Shown piece after piece: positions 18,597-29,097 of a stretch of DNA of 64,000 nucleotides (position 1 is the stretch's first letter; the number at the start of each line of letters is the position of its first letter). Below the pieces are notes generated by a model that was given only the letters and a program-made list of their open reading frames with translations, searched no databases and had not been told where the DNA came from. Made by a program: the position numbers and the translations under genes. This stretch comes from an uncultured delta proteobacterium (lineage in GTDB: Bacteria; Myxococcota_A; Polyangia; Polyangiales; Polyangiaceae): NCBI GenBank assembly GCA_963841435.1, contig CAWJCS010000004.1, forward strand, positions 384,001 through 448,000, in the 5' to 3' direction.

Positions 18597-19742
18597 ATGA
18601 CCGAAGGCGCGACGCTTCTCGGGCTCGTTCAGAGCCGGCGCGTCCTGGTCTGCGCGGGCGCGGGCGGGGTGGGGAAGACGACGGTGGCGGCCGCTCTCGC
18701 GCTCGGCGCGGCCCGGGAGGGCAAGCGCGTGCTTTGCCTGACGATCGACCCTGCGAAGCGCCTTGCCGACAGCCTCGGCGTCGGCGGTATGCGGGGCGAG
18801 GCACACGCGGTGCCGCGTGAGCGCCTCGCCGCGCTCGGCATTCCCCCGAGCGGTCAGCTGACCGTCGCCATGCTGGACACGAAGCGCACCTTCGACGACA
18901 TCGTCGCCCGGCACGCGCCGAGCGAGGTCGTGAAGAACCGCATTCTCAACAACCAGTTTTACCAGTACGTCTCGACGAGCCTCGCCGGCACGCAGTCGTA
19001 CATGGCGATGGAAAAGGTGCTCGCGGTGCTCGGGGATCCTGCGCACGAGCTGGTCGTGCTCGACACGCCGCCGACGAGCGACGCACTCGACTTCCTCGAC
19101 GCCCCCGAACGCCTCATCGAGGCCCTCGACAGCCCCGCCATGCGCTGGCTCGTCGACGCCTTCGAGCCTCAGCGCAAGCTCGGCCTGCGGGCGCTCGCGC
19201 GCGGGGTGGCACTCGTCTTGCGCGGCGTCGGCAGGCTTACCGGGCGGGGCTTTCTCGAGCACATGGCGGAGTTCGTCACCGAGCTCAACGATCTCTTCGG
19301 CGGATTCAAGGAGCGCGCTCGCGAGGTGGCCCGCGCCTTTCGCGGCGAAGGCTTCGCGTACGTGCTCGTCTCGACCCCGGTGCCTGCCGCGCTGGACGAA
19401 GTGGCGCTGTTTCTGGAACGGCTGCTGGCGAGCGGGCTCACCGCCGACGCGCTCGTGGTGAACCGGCACATTCCCTTGCGTCAGGGCGAGGTCACGCCGA
19501 GCGAGGCCGCCGAGGCTGCCGAGCGCCACGGGCTTTCGCGAACGCTCGCGGCACCGCTGCTCGCCGCCCTCGCCGACGAGGACATGCAGGCGACGATCGA
19601 CGCGCGCGCGCTTCGGCATTTCGAGGCCAGGCTCGCCGCGTTGCCGAGCGCGGCACCGCTCACGCGCATCGCGCTACCGATGCTCGGCGACGACCCGCAC
19701 GATCTCGGAGACCTCTTGCCGCTGAGCCACAGGCTGGTCTGA
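18597..19742 (+). CDS. ArsA/Get3-like ATPase
   Basis: Motifs GAGGVGKTT, TIDPAKRLA and LDTPPT. ATG at 18597. Confidence 0.88.
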   Translation: MTEGATLLGLVQSRRVLVCAGAGGVGKTTVAAALALGAAREGKRVLCLTIDPAKRLADSLGVGGMRGEAHAVPRERLAALGIPPSGQLTVAMLDTKRTFDDIVARHAPSEVVKNRILNNQFYQYVSTSLAGTQSYMAMEKVLAVLGDPAHELVVLDTPPTSDALDFLDAPERLIEALDSPAMRWLVDAFEPQRKLGLRALARGVALVLRGVGRLTGRGFLEHMAEFVTELNDLFGGFKERAREVARAFRGEGFAYVLVSTPVPAALDEVALFLERLLASGLTADALVVNRHIPLRQGEVTPSEAAEAAERHGLSRTLAAPLLAALADEDMQATIDARALRHFEARLAALPSAAPLTRIALPMLGDDPHDLGDLLPLSHRLV

Positions 19743-19754
19743 GCCAAGGGCTCG

Positions 19755-21080
19755 TCAGCGGCGCTCTTTACGTTCGCGGGCGCGGTACTGAACGTGAACG
19801 GGCACGGAGCGGAAGCCGAACGCTTTTCGGATCTGGTTTTCCACGAAGCGCTGATAGCTCGGCTTGATGCTCTCCGGGAAGTTCGCCCACGCGACGAACA
19901 ACGGCGGCGACGACTCTGCCTGCGTGAGAAAGTAGATGCGCGGGGCCCGCCCGCGGTGCGTCGGCGGCGGCTGGCGTTCGAGCGCGCTGCGAAAGAACCG
20001 GTTGAGCTCGGCCGTGGGGACGCGTCGGTGCACCTCGTCGGCCGCGTCGGAGACTGCGCGCATCAACTCGCGCACACCCGCACCCGTCTTGGCGCTGAGC
20101 GGCAGCATCGGGGCCCAGCGTGCAAAGGCGAGCGACCCTTGGGCGCGCTCCACGACGGTCTTCTTCTGGTCCTTCGGCACGAGGTCCATCTTGTTGAGAC
20201 CGATGACGATGGCCCGCCGCCGCTCCACGCACAGCCCGAGCAGGCGAGCATCCTGCTCGGAGACGCCCTCGCTCGCGTCACACATGAGAATGGCGACGCT
20301 CGCACGCTCCACGGCGCGGATGGCCCTGAGCACGCTCACGAGCTCGATGCCGCGCTCCACGCGCGAGCGCCGTCGGACGCCCGCCGTGTCGACGATGGTG
20401 AAGGTTCGGCCGGCGACGGTCACGACCGAGTCGACCGGATCGCGCGTCGTGCCGGGGCGCTCGTCGACGAGCGAGCGCTCCGTGCCCGCGAGGCGATTGA
20501 AGAGCGACGATTTCCCCGCGTTGGGTCGTCCGAGCAGCGCGATGCGGGGGGTGTCGTCGGGCGTCTCCTCGGTCTTTGCGGCGAAGCGCGGCAAGCGCTC
20601 GGCGACGGCCTGCGCGAGCTCGGCCGTCCCGAGGCCGTGGGCGGCCGACACCGGGAGCAGAGCGGGCAGTCCGAGCGAGTAGAGCTCGGCTGCCGCCTCG
20701 ATCCGCCCCGGCCGATCGAGCTTGTTGGCGACGTAGATGACGGGCTTGGTGCTGCGGCGCAAAAGGCGCACCGCTTCGAGATCCGCTTGCGCGGGCGGCG
20801 CAAGGCCGTCGAGCACGCACACGATGGCGTCGGCCTCCTCGATGGCCGCACGCACCTGGCGCGCGATACCGACCTGCATCGGATCCTCGCTTTCGGGATC
20901 GAAGCCGCCGGTGTCGACCAGCGTCACGTTGCGCCCGGCGAGGTGCGCCGGCGCGTAGTGGCGATCGCGCGTGACGCCGGGCATGTCGTCGACGATCGCG
21001 AGGCTCTTACCGGCGAGACGATTGAAGAGCGTGCTCTTGCCGACGTTGGGGCGACCCACCACGGCCACGATCGGGGTCAC
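19755..21080 (-). CDS. der: Ribosome biogenesis GTPase Der (EngA)
   Basis: Two G domains (GRPNVGKS/DTGG/NKLD and GRPNAGKS/DTAG/NKMD) plus a C-terminal KH-like domain. Confidence 0.96.
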   Translation of the reverse strand: MTPIVAVVGRPNVGKSTLFNRLAGKSLAIVDDMPGVTRDRHYAPAHLAGRNVTLVDTGGFDPESEDPMQVGIARQVRAAIEEADAIVCVLDGLAPPAQADLEAVRLLRRSTKPVIYVANKLDRPGRIEAAAELYSLGLPALLPVSAAHGLGTAELAQAVAERLPRFAAKTEETPDDTPRIALLGRPNAGKSSLFNRLAGTERSLVDERPGTTRDPVDSVVTVAGRTFTIVDTAGVRRRSRVERGIELVSVLRAIRAVERASVAILMCDASEGVSEQDARLLGLCVERRRAIVIGLNKMDLVPKDQKKTVVERAQGSLAFARWAPMLPLSAKTGAGVRELMRAVSDAADEVHRRVPTAELNRFFRSALERQPPPTHRGRAPRIYFLTQAESSPPLFVAWANFPESIKPSYQRFVENQIRKAFGFRSVPVHVQYRARERKERR

Positions 21081-22012
21081 GGGCGCTCCTCGTCGGGGTC
21101 CACGCTGCCCTTCGCAGTGGCCGCGTAGCCGAGCTCCGCGAGCTGCCGCGGCACGTTTTTCCAGCGCGGCGTGATGCGCACGAAGAGCCCGAGGTAGACG
21201 GGCCGCTCGATCAGTCCCTCGATGCGCTCGCGGGCTCGCGTCCCGATCCGCTTGAGCATCTCGCCGCCGCGCCCCACGAGGATCTTGCGCTGGCCGAGCT
21301 TCTCGACGTGGATCGTGGCGCTGATGCGCACGGTCTTCGACGCCTCGTCGTACTCGTCGAGGCTCACCGCAACGGCGTGCGGCACCTCGCCCCGCGCGCT
21401 CTCGAGCACCGCCTCGCGCACGTACTCGCGCGCGAAGTACGAGGTCGGTCGGTCCGTCAGCGTGTCGGCGTCGTAGCCCGCGGGCCCCTCGGGCAGGAGC
21501 GGCGCGACGACATCGAGCACGCGCGTCACGTCTTCGGCGCGGCGCAGGCTCACGGGCACGATCGCGGCGAACGGGCGCTCACCGCCCAGCGCGTCGAGCA
21601 GCGGCAGGAGGTGGTCCGGCGCACGCAACCGATCTATCTTGTTGACGACCGCCACAATCACGGAACGCGAAGGCAGCCGCGCGAGCAGCGAACGATCTTC
21701 GGGCTCGAGCGCTTCCGCGTTGCGCGCGACCTTCTTCGCTTCGAGGACGAAGATCACGACGTCGGCGGCGCGCGCGGCTTCCATCGCCGCCGCATTCATG
21801 CGGCGCCCGAGCTCGGTCTTCGCGCGGTGCAGCCCCGGCGTGTCGAGGAAGGCGAGCTGCGCCTCGCCATGCGTCGCCACACCGAGCAGGGCGTCACGGG
21901 TCGTCTGCGGTACGGGCGAGACGACGGCAAGCGGCTGCCCGAGCGCGGCGTTCAGCAGCGTCGATTTACCGACGTTCGGGCGCCCGACGATGGCGACGGT
22001 TCCAAAGCGCAT
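21077..22012 (-). CDS. era: GTPase Era
   Basis: Motifs GRPNVGKS, QTTR, DTPG and NKID, plus a KH domain (EVPHAV, ILVGRGG). Confidence 0.95.
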   Translation of the reverse strand: MRFGTVAIVGRPNVGKSTLLNAALGQPLAVVSPVPQTTRDALLGVATHGEAQLAFLDTPGLHRAKTELGRRMNAAAMEAARAADVVIFVLEAKKVARNAEALEPEDRSLLARLPSRSVIVAVVNKIDRLRAPDHLLPLLDALGGERPFAAIVPVSLRRAEDVTRVLDVVAPLLPEGPAGYDADTLTDRPTSYFAREYVREAVLESARGEVPHAVAVSLDEYDEASKTVRISATIHVEKLGQRKILVGRGGEMLKRIGTRARERIEGLIERPVYLGLFVRITPRWKNVPRQLAELGYAATAKGSVDPDEERP

Positions 22013-22083
22013 GGAGGGGCCGGCATGCTAGCCTCGGGCCGGTCGCGGAGCCCTTCGATTCCGGGTTTCTCTTCGAAAACGGC

Positions 22084-23355
22084 ATGCGAGCCTCGGGTCC
22101 CTACCTCGCTCGGTCGCTGCTCGCCGCCGCGATGGCCCTCGCGGCCGGACCGCGCACCGCTCGAGCGACACCGGCGGAGCTGTTCGGCGCCGGCCCGCGC
22201 AGCACCGCGCTCGCCGGGGCCGGGGTGTCGCTCGAAATGGGCCCCGAGGCGGCGCTCACGAACCCCGCCCTCCTCGCCGCGGCCACCAAAGAGCTCGACA
22301 TCGGGCTGCGTGCCACGCGCTTTGCATTGAGCATCGAAGCGAGCGGGCGGTCGGAGCCCTTTCCCGCAGAGCTCTCGAAGAGCCTCTGCTTCGGTGTGAG
22401 CGCTCCGCTCGTCGACGGCCCGCTCGCGCTCGGCTTCGGCCTGTTCGCGCAGACGCCGCCGGGCTTCGTGGTACGGGCGCGCGTGCCGCTAGAGGGCGTG
22501 CCGACTTTTCCGCTCCTCGTCGGCCGCGCCGACGCGCTCGATCTCGGTGCTGGCCTGGGCGCTCGCATCGGTCCGCTCGGGGTCGGCGTGGGAGTGCGGG
22601 CGCTCGCCGCGCTCGCTGGCCGCGTCGCCGTCACGGAGGAGCAGGGCCACACCGCGTCGAGCGTCAGCACGCGCCTCTTGCCGAGCGTCGCTCCCGTGCT
22701 CGGCGCCACGCTCGATGTCGAGCCCGTCGGGCGCCTGGGCTTCGCGTTGCGCGGCCCGTTACGCGCCGACTTCGACGTTGATGTCGCCGCGGCTTCGCTG
22801 GGCGGGCTCGGGATCGTGCCGCTCCACGTCCAGGGCGTCGCGGCGTACGAGCCCTTGCGGATCGATCTAGAGCTCTCGCGCGCGATCGGTGCGGTCACGG
22901 CGGTCGTCGGCGCTCGCTTCGAACACTTCTCGGCCTTTCCCGGCTGGGCCGGCCCGACCGTCGAATGTCCACCCGCGGATCGGCGCTGCGGCACCCCGCC
23001 CGGCGAGCCGCCCGGTTACCACGACGTGGTCTCGCCCCGCGTCGGGGCGACGCTCGCCACGGGATGGCTCGCGCCCGCGACGCTCGAGCTACGGGCGGGC
23101 TACACGCTCGCGCCGACGCCCATCCCCGAGCAAACCGGGCGCTCCAACGTCTTCGACGCCACGCGCCACGGGCTCGCGTTCGGCTACTCGATCACGCTGC
23201 CGCCCGCGCTGGCTCCGTTGCGTCTCGACACGGCCTTTCGGTTCGATCTGCTCGCCCCACGCCGACACGACAAGCTGCCGGAAGCGGGCGGCGGCTCGAT
23301 CACCACGCACGGGCACACGGAAACGTTGCTCGTGGGAGCCGGGGTGGAGCTGTGA
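22084..23355 (+). CDS. FadL/OmpP1-like outer-membrane transporter
   Basis: Signal peptide, FGAGPRSTALAGA..NPA hatch motif, beta-strand pattern and LRAGY motif. Confidence 0.7.
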   Translation: MRASGPYLARSLLAAAMALAAGPRTARATPAELFGAGPRSTALAGAGVSLEMGPEAALTNPALLAAATKELDIGLRATRFALSIEASGRSEPFPAELSKSLCFGVSAPLVDGPLALGFGLFAQTPPGFVVRARVPLEGVPTFPLLVGRADALDLGAGLGARIGPLGVGVGVRALAALAGRVAVTEEQGHTASSVSTRLLPSVAPVLGATLDVEPVGRLGFALRGPLRADFDVDVAAASLGGLGIVPLHVQGVAAYEPLRIDLELSRAIGAVTAVVGARFEHFSAFPGWAGPTVECPPADRRCGTPPGEPPGYHDVVSPRVGATLATGWLAPATLELRAGYTLAPTPIPEQTGRSNVFDATRHGLAFGYSITLPPALAPLRLDTAFRFDLLAPRRHDKLPEAGGGSITTHGHTETLLVGAGVEL

Positions 23356-24723
23356 GGCGCGCGCGCGGCCCGCGGTGCTGGTTTCGGGGGCTTTTCCTGG
23401 TGCTCGCCCTTCACCCTCGGCCCGCACGCGCCAACCCCGACACGCTGCGCGGTGTGGGCCTGCGCTCTCAGGCGCTCGCGGCGGCGAACGTCGCGGACGT
23501 CGACGACGCCGCCTCGGTGCTCGAAAACCCCGCCGGGGTCGCGCGCGCGCCGGGCACGCTCTTGTCACTCGGTTTCGCCTTCACCTCGTACGCGCTCGAG
23601 GCCGATGGCGTCCGAGCACCGCTCGAGGACGTTCGCAGCGTCGAGCTCGGCGTGGTCGTGCCAGGGCATGTCCGCGGGGTGCCCGTCGGCTTCGGCCTGC
23701 ACCTCGCGCTCCCGGACGGTCGGCTATCCAAGCTGCACCAGGTCAGGGCGACCGATGCCTACTTCCCTCTCGACGACGCGGGCCCACGCCTGCTCAATCT
23801 CGGCACGGTCGTCGCGGTCACGCCGTTCCGCGGCCTTTCGATCGGAGGCGGCGTCGGCTTTCTCGCGTCGCTCGACGGCGGCTTCGAAGTCACGGGGACG
23901 GCGGTCGTCGCCGACGGCACCGGCTCGGAGTACGGCTCTAGCCTGGCCCACGGCGTCGACGCCGAGCTCCGCGCCACCCGCTACGCGATCGCGGGCCTGC
24001 GTTACGACGCCGGGGATCTGCTGAGCGCGGCGCTTTCGTATCGCGCAGCGGCCCGCGTGCATCAGCACGTCGAAGGGCGCCTCGACGGCGATCTGGCGCT
24101 CGGCCCCGTGCGCATCCCGCTCGAGTACGCCTTCACGACCGACGCGATCGTCGCCTACCACCCCGCCCAGCTCGTCGCCGCGCTCACCCTGCGGCCGGGC
24201 GCCGACGTCACCGCCCACGCCGCGCTCGCCTGGCAGCGCTACTCCGGCTACGCGAGCCCGTACGCTCGCACCACGACCCACGTCACCACCGCTCTGCCCC
24301 CGGGTCTCACGCTGCCGCTCCCTCCCGACGAGCCGGGCAGCGACCCGCCCGCGGCCCGGCTCTCGAACCGCTTCGTCCCGCGCCTTGGTGCGGAGCGAGC
24401 GTTCCACCCGTGGCCTCGGCTCGCCGTCACGGCGCGTGCGGGCTATGCGTTCGAGCACAGCCCCGTGCCTGCGCACCAAGTTGACACGCTGCTCTTCGAT
24501 TCGGACCGCCATGTGCTGGGCGTCGGTGCCGGCCTTGCCGCGCACGAGCCCTCGAACAGCCTCCGCGAGATTCCGCCTGGACCTCGGCCTCGAGGTCGTG
24601 CTCGGCGCCGGGCGAGGCTTCCAGACCGCGGGCGCGGCCGGCGCTTCGATGCACCGGGCTGCGGGCAGCCTGTGGTCGATGGGAGCGGAGCTCGGCCTGG
24701 TCTTCGACGGCGGTTCCGGGTAG
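23352..24723 (+). CDS. Second FadL/OmpP1-like outer-membrane transporter, interrupted by a +1 frameshift near 24571
   Basis: GTGA overlap. GVGLRSQALAAA..NPAG and ARAGY motifs. The C-terminal strands (RLDLGLEV...SMGAELGLVF) lie in ORF 24385..24723, and removing one base gives 456 aa. Confidence 0.7.
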
Positions 24724-24736
24724 AGGGGCGCGATCG

Positions 24737-27277
24737 ATGACGAGCTCGCCCCGAGCATCGGACTCCGGTGACGCGCGCCCCGCTCACGCGACCGTCGAAG
24801 CACCGCACTGGCTGGGCCGCGCGCTCGTCTGCGGGCTCGTCGTGCTCACGCTCGTTGTCCCCGCCAGGCGCGCAGGACTGTGGGATCCGTTCGAGCTCTC
24901 CGCGATCGATTTCGCCCGCCGCATCGCCGTGGGCCTCTACGGCGGCGCGAGCCTCGTTTTGGACGCGGCTTCGAACGCGCTGCCGACCCGTGGGGAGGTG
25001 GGGCGCGGGGAGCTGCCGTTCACTTCCATGGCGCTCGGTCTGCGCTTCTTCGGTCTACACGCAGCAGCGGCACGCAGCGTGCTCGCGTTCTGGGCGCTCG
25101 TCGGGGTGGGGGCGACCTACGTGCTCGTTCGTCGGCTTGCCGACGAGGTGACCGCGCTCCTGTCCGTTGCGGTGCTGGCGACCACGCCCCTGTTCTTCCT
25201 GCACGCTAGGACGCTGCTCGGTGACGGCGTCACGATGGCCGTCGTGGCGCTCGCCACCGCGGGTCTTTCGCTGGCGGTGTTCGACGACGCCCCGTTCCCG
25301 AGACGGCTCGTGTGGCTCGCTCTCGGAGCGCTCGGCCTGCTCGGTGGTCTCGGCACGCGCGGCCTGTTGCTGGGGGTCGCGGTGCCGGCGCTCGGCGTGG
25401 GTCTGGCCTGTCTCCTCATGCGAGGCAAGCGGCTCGACCCGCGCGCGCGCCTCGCGGATGCGCTCGGTGTGGTCACGTTTCTGATTGGTGCCATCGCGCT
25501 CGGCTGGGGCGCCCAGCACCTCGTCGTCGCGACGGCGCACCCCGAGGGCTACGACCCCTGGCTCGGGTTCTCGCTGGATGCGGGGAAGGACACGATCACT
25601 TTCGATGCGATCATCGGCAGCCTGGGGCACGCACTGTTCCCTTGGAGCGCCTTCGTGCCCGTGGCGCTAGCGCGCTTGCTGGTGCCGTCCTCGAGCGCGG
25701 CGGCCTTCGACGCGTCCGAGCGCGGACTGAGGCTCGCCGTCGTGTTGGTTGCGACGGCCGGCGTGCTCGCCCAGAGCTTCGTGGCGCCGCTCGCCGGCGT
25801 GTTGCCGTTCGGAGCCGTGGCGCCGCTCGCCGTGCTCGTCGCCTTCACGCTACGCGATCTAGATCGCGGCGCCGCCGCGTCGCCGACGCTGGGCATCGTG
25901 GCAGGCTCGCTCGCCATCCTGCTCGGGCTGGACTTTCTCAACGAGCCGAGCTGCTCGCTCGTGGCGTTCGGCGTGGAGGGTGCTCACTTTCCCGAGTCCC
26001 TGCGAGAGAGCGCCGCACGTCTCTTCGTGGTCGCCGCCGTCGTCGCCGCGCTGCCGTTCGGCCTCGCGCTCCTAGAAGACGATCGCGCCCGGCGGCCGGC
26101 CTTCGCGCGTCGCGACTACGCGGCCTGGCTCGGCACGGTGCGCGACCTCTGGGGCGGCAACCTCTTGTTCGGTGCCTGCGTCGCCGAGGCGTCGCTCTTG
26201 GGATTCGTGGCGTTCGACCTGCTCGGTGAGCGCCTTCCGGTGTTCCGCCGCTTCGCCGCGAGCGGCGAGCTCACGCGTGGCTTGAGCCGCATCGCGTGGC
26301 TCGGGATTCCGCTGCTCTTCGCGCTGCCTCTCGTCGTGCTCGCTGCGCGCGACGCCATGCGCTATCTCGAAGGGCGGCGTGGCGCGGCGAAGCTCGGGTG
26401 GTTGCTCCCGTCACGCGGAACCTTCGCGGGCCTCGGCGGGATCCTCGCGGGGCTCGCGCTGAGCTCGGTCTACTACCCGGCGCTTGCGCGGCAGCTCTCG
26501 CCTCAGGAAAGCTTCGAGACCTTTCGCCGCGTCGCGCGCCCGGGGGACGAGCTCGCCATGGTCGGTGCGAGCGCCCTGTCCGCCGCGTATGCGGCGGGTC
26601 GCAACGTCGTGACGTTTCCGACGGGCGAGCAAGCCTTCGGGTGGCTGATCGAGCCGACCGAGCGGCGTCGCTTCGTCGTCGTTCCCGCCGCCGCGCTCGG
26701 CGGCATGAACTCACTTTATCGTGGCAGCTCACGGCCGCGCACGAACCTGCCCGTCCTCGACGGGCGCTCGAGCGAGATCGTCTTGGCTTCGAACCGGCTG
26801 CTTGCCGGGGAGCAGAACGAAAACCCCCTCGACCGCTACCTTCCGTCGCGCGAGCCGCGACCCGGTCATAAGCTCGACGCGAACCTCGGCAACCAGCTCG
26901 ACGTCCTCGGTTGGGATCTGTTCGACCTCGAAGGAAGACCGGTCGCGAGCGTCGTGCCTGGCAGGTCCGTCGAGCTCGTCATCTACTATCGCGTCACGGC
27001 ACGCATCACGGGAAACTGGGAGACGTTCGTGCACATCGACGGGTACCAGCGCCGTTTCAACGCCGATCACCCGACTCTCGGCGGCTCGTACCCGTTCGGG
27101 CTGTGGCGCGTGGGCGATTTCGTTGCCGACCGCTATGAGTTCGCGCTGGAGCCGAACTTTAGCGCCGGCGAGTACCGCCTCTATTTCGGGCTCTATTGGG
27201 GCTCGCGGCGGCTTTCGCTCAAACGAGGCTCCGGCGTTGACGACCGCATCGAAGCGGGATCCCTCACGGTGCGTTGA
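24737..27277 (+). CDS. GT-C fold (PMT/ArnT-like) glycosyltransferase with C-terminal periplasmic beta-sandwich (Wzt-C-like) domain
   Basis: GLWDPFE acidic loop motif after TM1, many TMs, FPWSAF, and C-terminal WETFVHID...HP...W..GD motif. Confidence 0.75.
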   Translation: MTSSPRASDSGDARPAHATVEAPHWLGRALVCGLVVLTLVVPARRAGLWDPFELSAIDFARRIAVGLYGGASLVLDAASNALPTRGEVGRGELPFTSMALGLRFFGLHAAAARSVLAFWALVGVGATYVLVRRLADEVTALLSVAVLATTPLFFLHARTLLGDGVTMAVVALATAGLSLAVFDDAPFPRRLVWLALGALGLLGGLGTRGLLLGVAVPALGVGLACLLMRGKRLDPRARLADALGVVTFLIGAIALGWGAQHLVVATAHPEGYDPWLGFSLDAGKDTITFDAIIGSLGHALFPWSAFVPVALARLLVPSSSAAAFDASERGLRLAVVLVATAGVLAQSFVAPLAGVLPFGAVAPLAVLVAFTLRDLDRGAAASPTLGIVAGSLAILLGLDFLNEPSCSLVAFGVEGAHFPESLRESAARLFVVAAVVAALPFGLALLEDDRARRPAFARRDYAAWLGTVRDLWGGNLLFGACVAEASLLGFVAFDLLGERLPVFRRFAASGELTRGLSRIAWLGIPLLFALPLVVLAARDAMRYLEGRRGAAKLGWLLPSRGTFAGLGGILAGLALSSVYYPALARQLSPQESFETFRRVARPGDELAMVGASALSAAYAAGRNVVTFPTGEQAFGWLIEPTERRRFVVVPAAALGGMNSLYRGSSRPRTNLPVLDGRSSEIVLASNRLLAGEQNENPLDRYLPSREPRPGHKLDANLGNQLDVLGWDLFDLEGRPVASVVPGRSVELVIYYRVTARITGNWETFVHIDGYQRRFNADHPTLGGSYPFGLWRVGDFVADRYEFALEPNFSAGEYRLYFGLYWGSRRLSLKRGSGVDDRIEAGSLTVR

Positions 27278-27435
27278 CCTGACCGGCGCGCGGGCCAGTA
27301 ACCGACCACGGCGTCCCTGAGGCTCGCAAACCGCTCCGCGCGCGAGGCTGCGGCAGTTTGTCGCGGTTTTACCCGGTCTGGCGGCAGACGCGGGCGTCGC
27401 GTGACAGCGGGCGAGATCGAGGCTAAGGCCGGTGC

Positions 27436-27831
27436 GTGAGCGGCGAAAAATCGGAGCGGCCCCTGTCGGAGATCCCGCCCGCGGATCGGCGGAGCGCGGA
27501 CCGCATCGACGTGACCTGGTCCGTCGACTGCGAGACCGAGGAAACGTTTCTCTACGCCAACATCACGAACATTTCCGAGGTCGGCATTTTCGTTCGCACG
27601 GACGAGCCCCTCGAGGTCGGCACGCGCGTGACCCTCAAGTTCGCACCGCCCGGCAGCCGCGAGCCCCTCGTCCTCACTGGGCAGGTGCAGTGGGTGAACC
27701 CGATTCGCATGCTCGCGAGCAACCCGAACCCGGGCATGGGCATTCGCTTCATCGATCTGAACCGCGACAACAGAGAGCGGCTGGTCGGGGTGGTCCGGAC
27801 GATCGCCTACGTTCGAAGCTCCACGAACTGA
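27436..27831 (+). CDS. Stand-alone PilZ-domain protein (myxobacterial type)
   Basis: RxxxR (RSADR) and NxSxxG (NISEVG) c-di-GMP motifs, plus GMGIRF. Confidence 0.88.
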   Translation: MSGEKSERPLSEIPPADRRSADRIDVTWSVDCETEETFLYANITNISEVGIFVRTDEPLEVGTRVTLKFAPPGSREPLVLTGQVQWVNPIRMLASNPNPGMGIRFIDLNRDNRERLVGVVRTIAYVRSSTN

Positions 27832-27946
27832 GGCCAAGTCAGCGGTCTTTCGCGGGTGGGCTCGCGAACGGTCGGTCGGAAGTGCGCCGCGGCTTCGCGA
27901 GCTCGCCGGCCGCGTACGCCGGGCTAGTGAGGGCAGGGCGCGGTGC

Positions 27947-29035
27947 TCACTGTGCCGCCTCGCCGATGGCGGACTTGCTCGCCGCCCGAGGTGCGGCGGG
28001 CTTCGCGGGCTCGGGTCCGTTCGCTTGCTCGGCGGCGGTCGCGGCCGTCGCCTGCGGTGCCGCCTGCTTGGCCGCCACGCGCCGGGCTGCCACCGGCACG
28101 GGCTCGGCCGTGCGCTCGAGCTGGGTGAGCGCATTCCGGGCACGCTCCGCGAAGGCGGGCTCGTCGAGTAGGGCCTGGTAGTTGCGGCGTGCCTTCTCGA
28201 CGTCCCCGAGCGATTCGTAACAGGACGCGGCCTGGAAGGTCGCGTCGTAGCCGGCCCGCGTCCCGGGGTAGTGGAACGGCACCTGGTCGAAGAGGCGGGC
28301 GGCTTCGGAGCAACCTTGCTCGCTCTTGGCGGCCTCGGCAGCGTGCAGAGCGGCCTCGGCGGCATCGCTGCCGCCGCGCGCCGCCACGCTTTCGAACTGC
28401 TCCCGGGCTTCGCGGAAACGCCCGCCGCGCAGCGCGCCGAGCGCCGCCTGGAACGCCGTGTCGCCGGCGCTCTCCTCCGCGGCGGGCTCTGCCGCGGCGA
28501 GCGGGAGGTCGGCCCGTCCCTTCGACGACGCACCCTCGCGACGCTCCGACGCTTCCGGTGTCGGCGGCCCGTGCGCCTCGAGCGCGCGATCGCGACTCGC
28601 GGCCGCGACCACTGCCATGGTCTCGTTGTCGCTCTCGGGGACGCCGCGCTCGGTGACGGACATGCTGCTCTGGTCGCCGGGGCGTGCGCGGAAAAAGATC
28701 AAGCTCGAACCGATCGCCAGCAGCAGGAGCGCCGCCATCGCCAGTTGCGGTCGCATCGCGTAGCCGGCCAGCACCGACACGCCGCGCCCGAGGCGCTGTC
28801 GAAGCGGCAGCCCCTCGCGCGCACGACGCTCGGCGTCCAAAATGGACAGCTCGAGACCCGGCGGCGGGTCGAGGAGCGGCAGGCTGCCGACCTCGCGTGT
28901 CGCGCGCAACCCAGCCAAGATCCCGCGACAGCGTGCGCACTGATCGACGTGGCGCCGCGCCGACGCGGCGGTGAGCTCGTCGAGCTCGCCGTAGAGCAGC
29001 TCGAGCGCGATGCGGTCGAAGCGTTCGCAGTCCAT
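27947..29035 (-). CDS. Zinc-binding anti-sigma factor (ZAS) with TM and periplasmic TPR domain
   Basis: HxxxCxxC (HVDQCARC), a single TM and C-terminal TPR helices. Lies directly downstream of an ECF sigma. Confidence 0.85.
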   Translation of the reverse strand: MDCERFDRIALELLYGELDELTAASARRHVDQCARCRGILAGLRATREVGSLPLLDPPPGLELSILDAERRAREGLPLRQRLGRGVSVLAGYAMRPQLAMAALLLLAIGSSLIFFRARPGDQSSMSVTERGVPESDNETMAVVAAASRDRALEAHGPPTPEASERREGASSKGRADLPLAAAEPAAEESAGDTAFQAALGALRGGRFREAREQFESVAARGGSDAAEAALHAAEAAKSEQGCSEAARLFDQVPFHYPGTRAGYDATFQAASCYESLGDVEKARRNYQALLDEPAFAERARNALTQLERTAEPVPVAARRVAAKQAAPQATAATAAEQANGPEPAKPAAPRAASKSAIGEAAQ

Positions 29036-29097
29036 GTCAGAAGCACCCTCGCTGGGAGCGGTTCCGGTGAGCCCTCCTGGCGAATTTCAGCCCGAAT

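Noticed and set aside
27278-27435. Possible c-di-GMP-I (GEMM) riboswitch upstream of the PilZ gene (GCAAAC...GTTTG)
   Set aside because: Lacks the GNRA tetraloop/receptor and the conserved P2 elements. Only a short chance stem is present.
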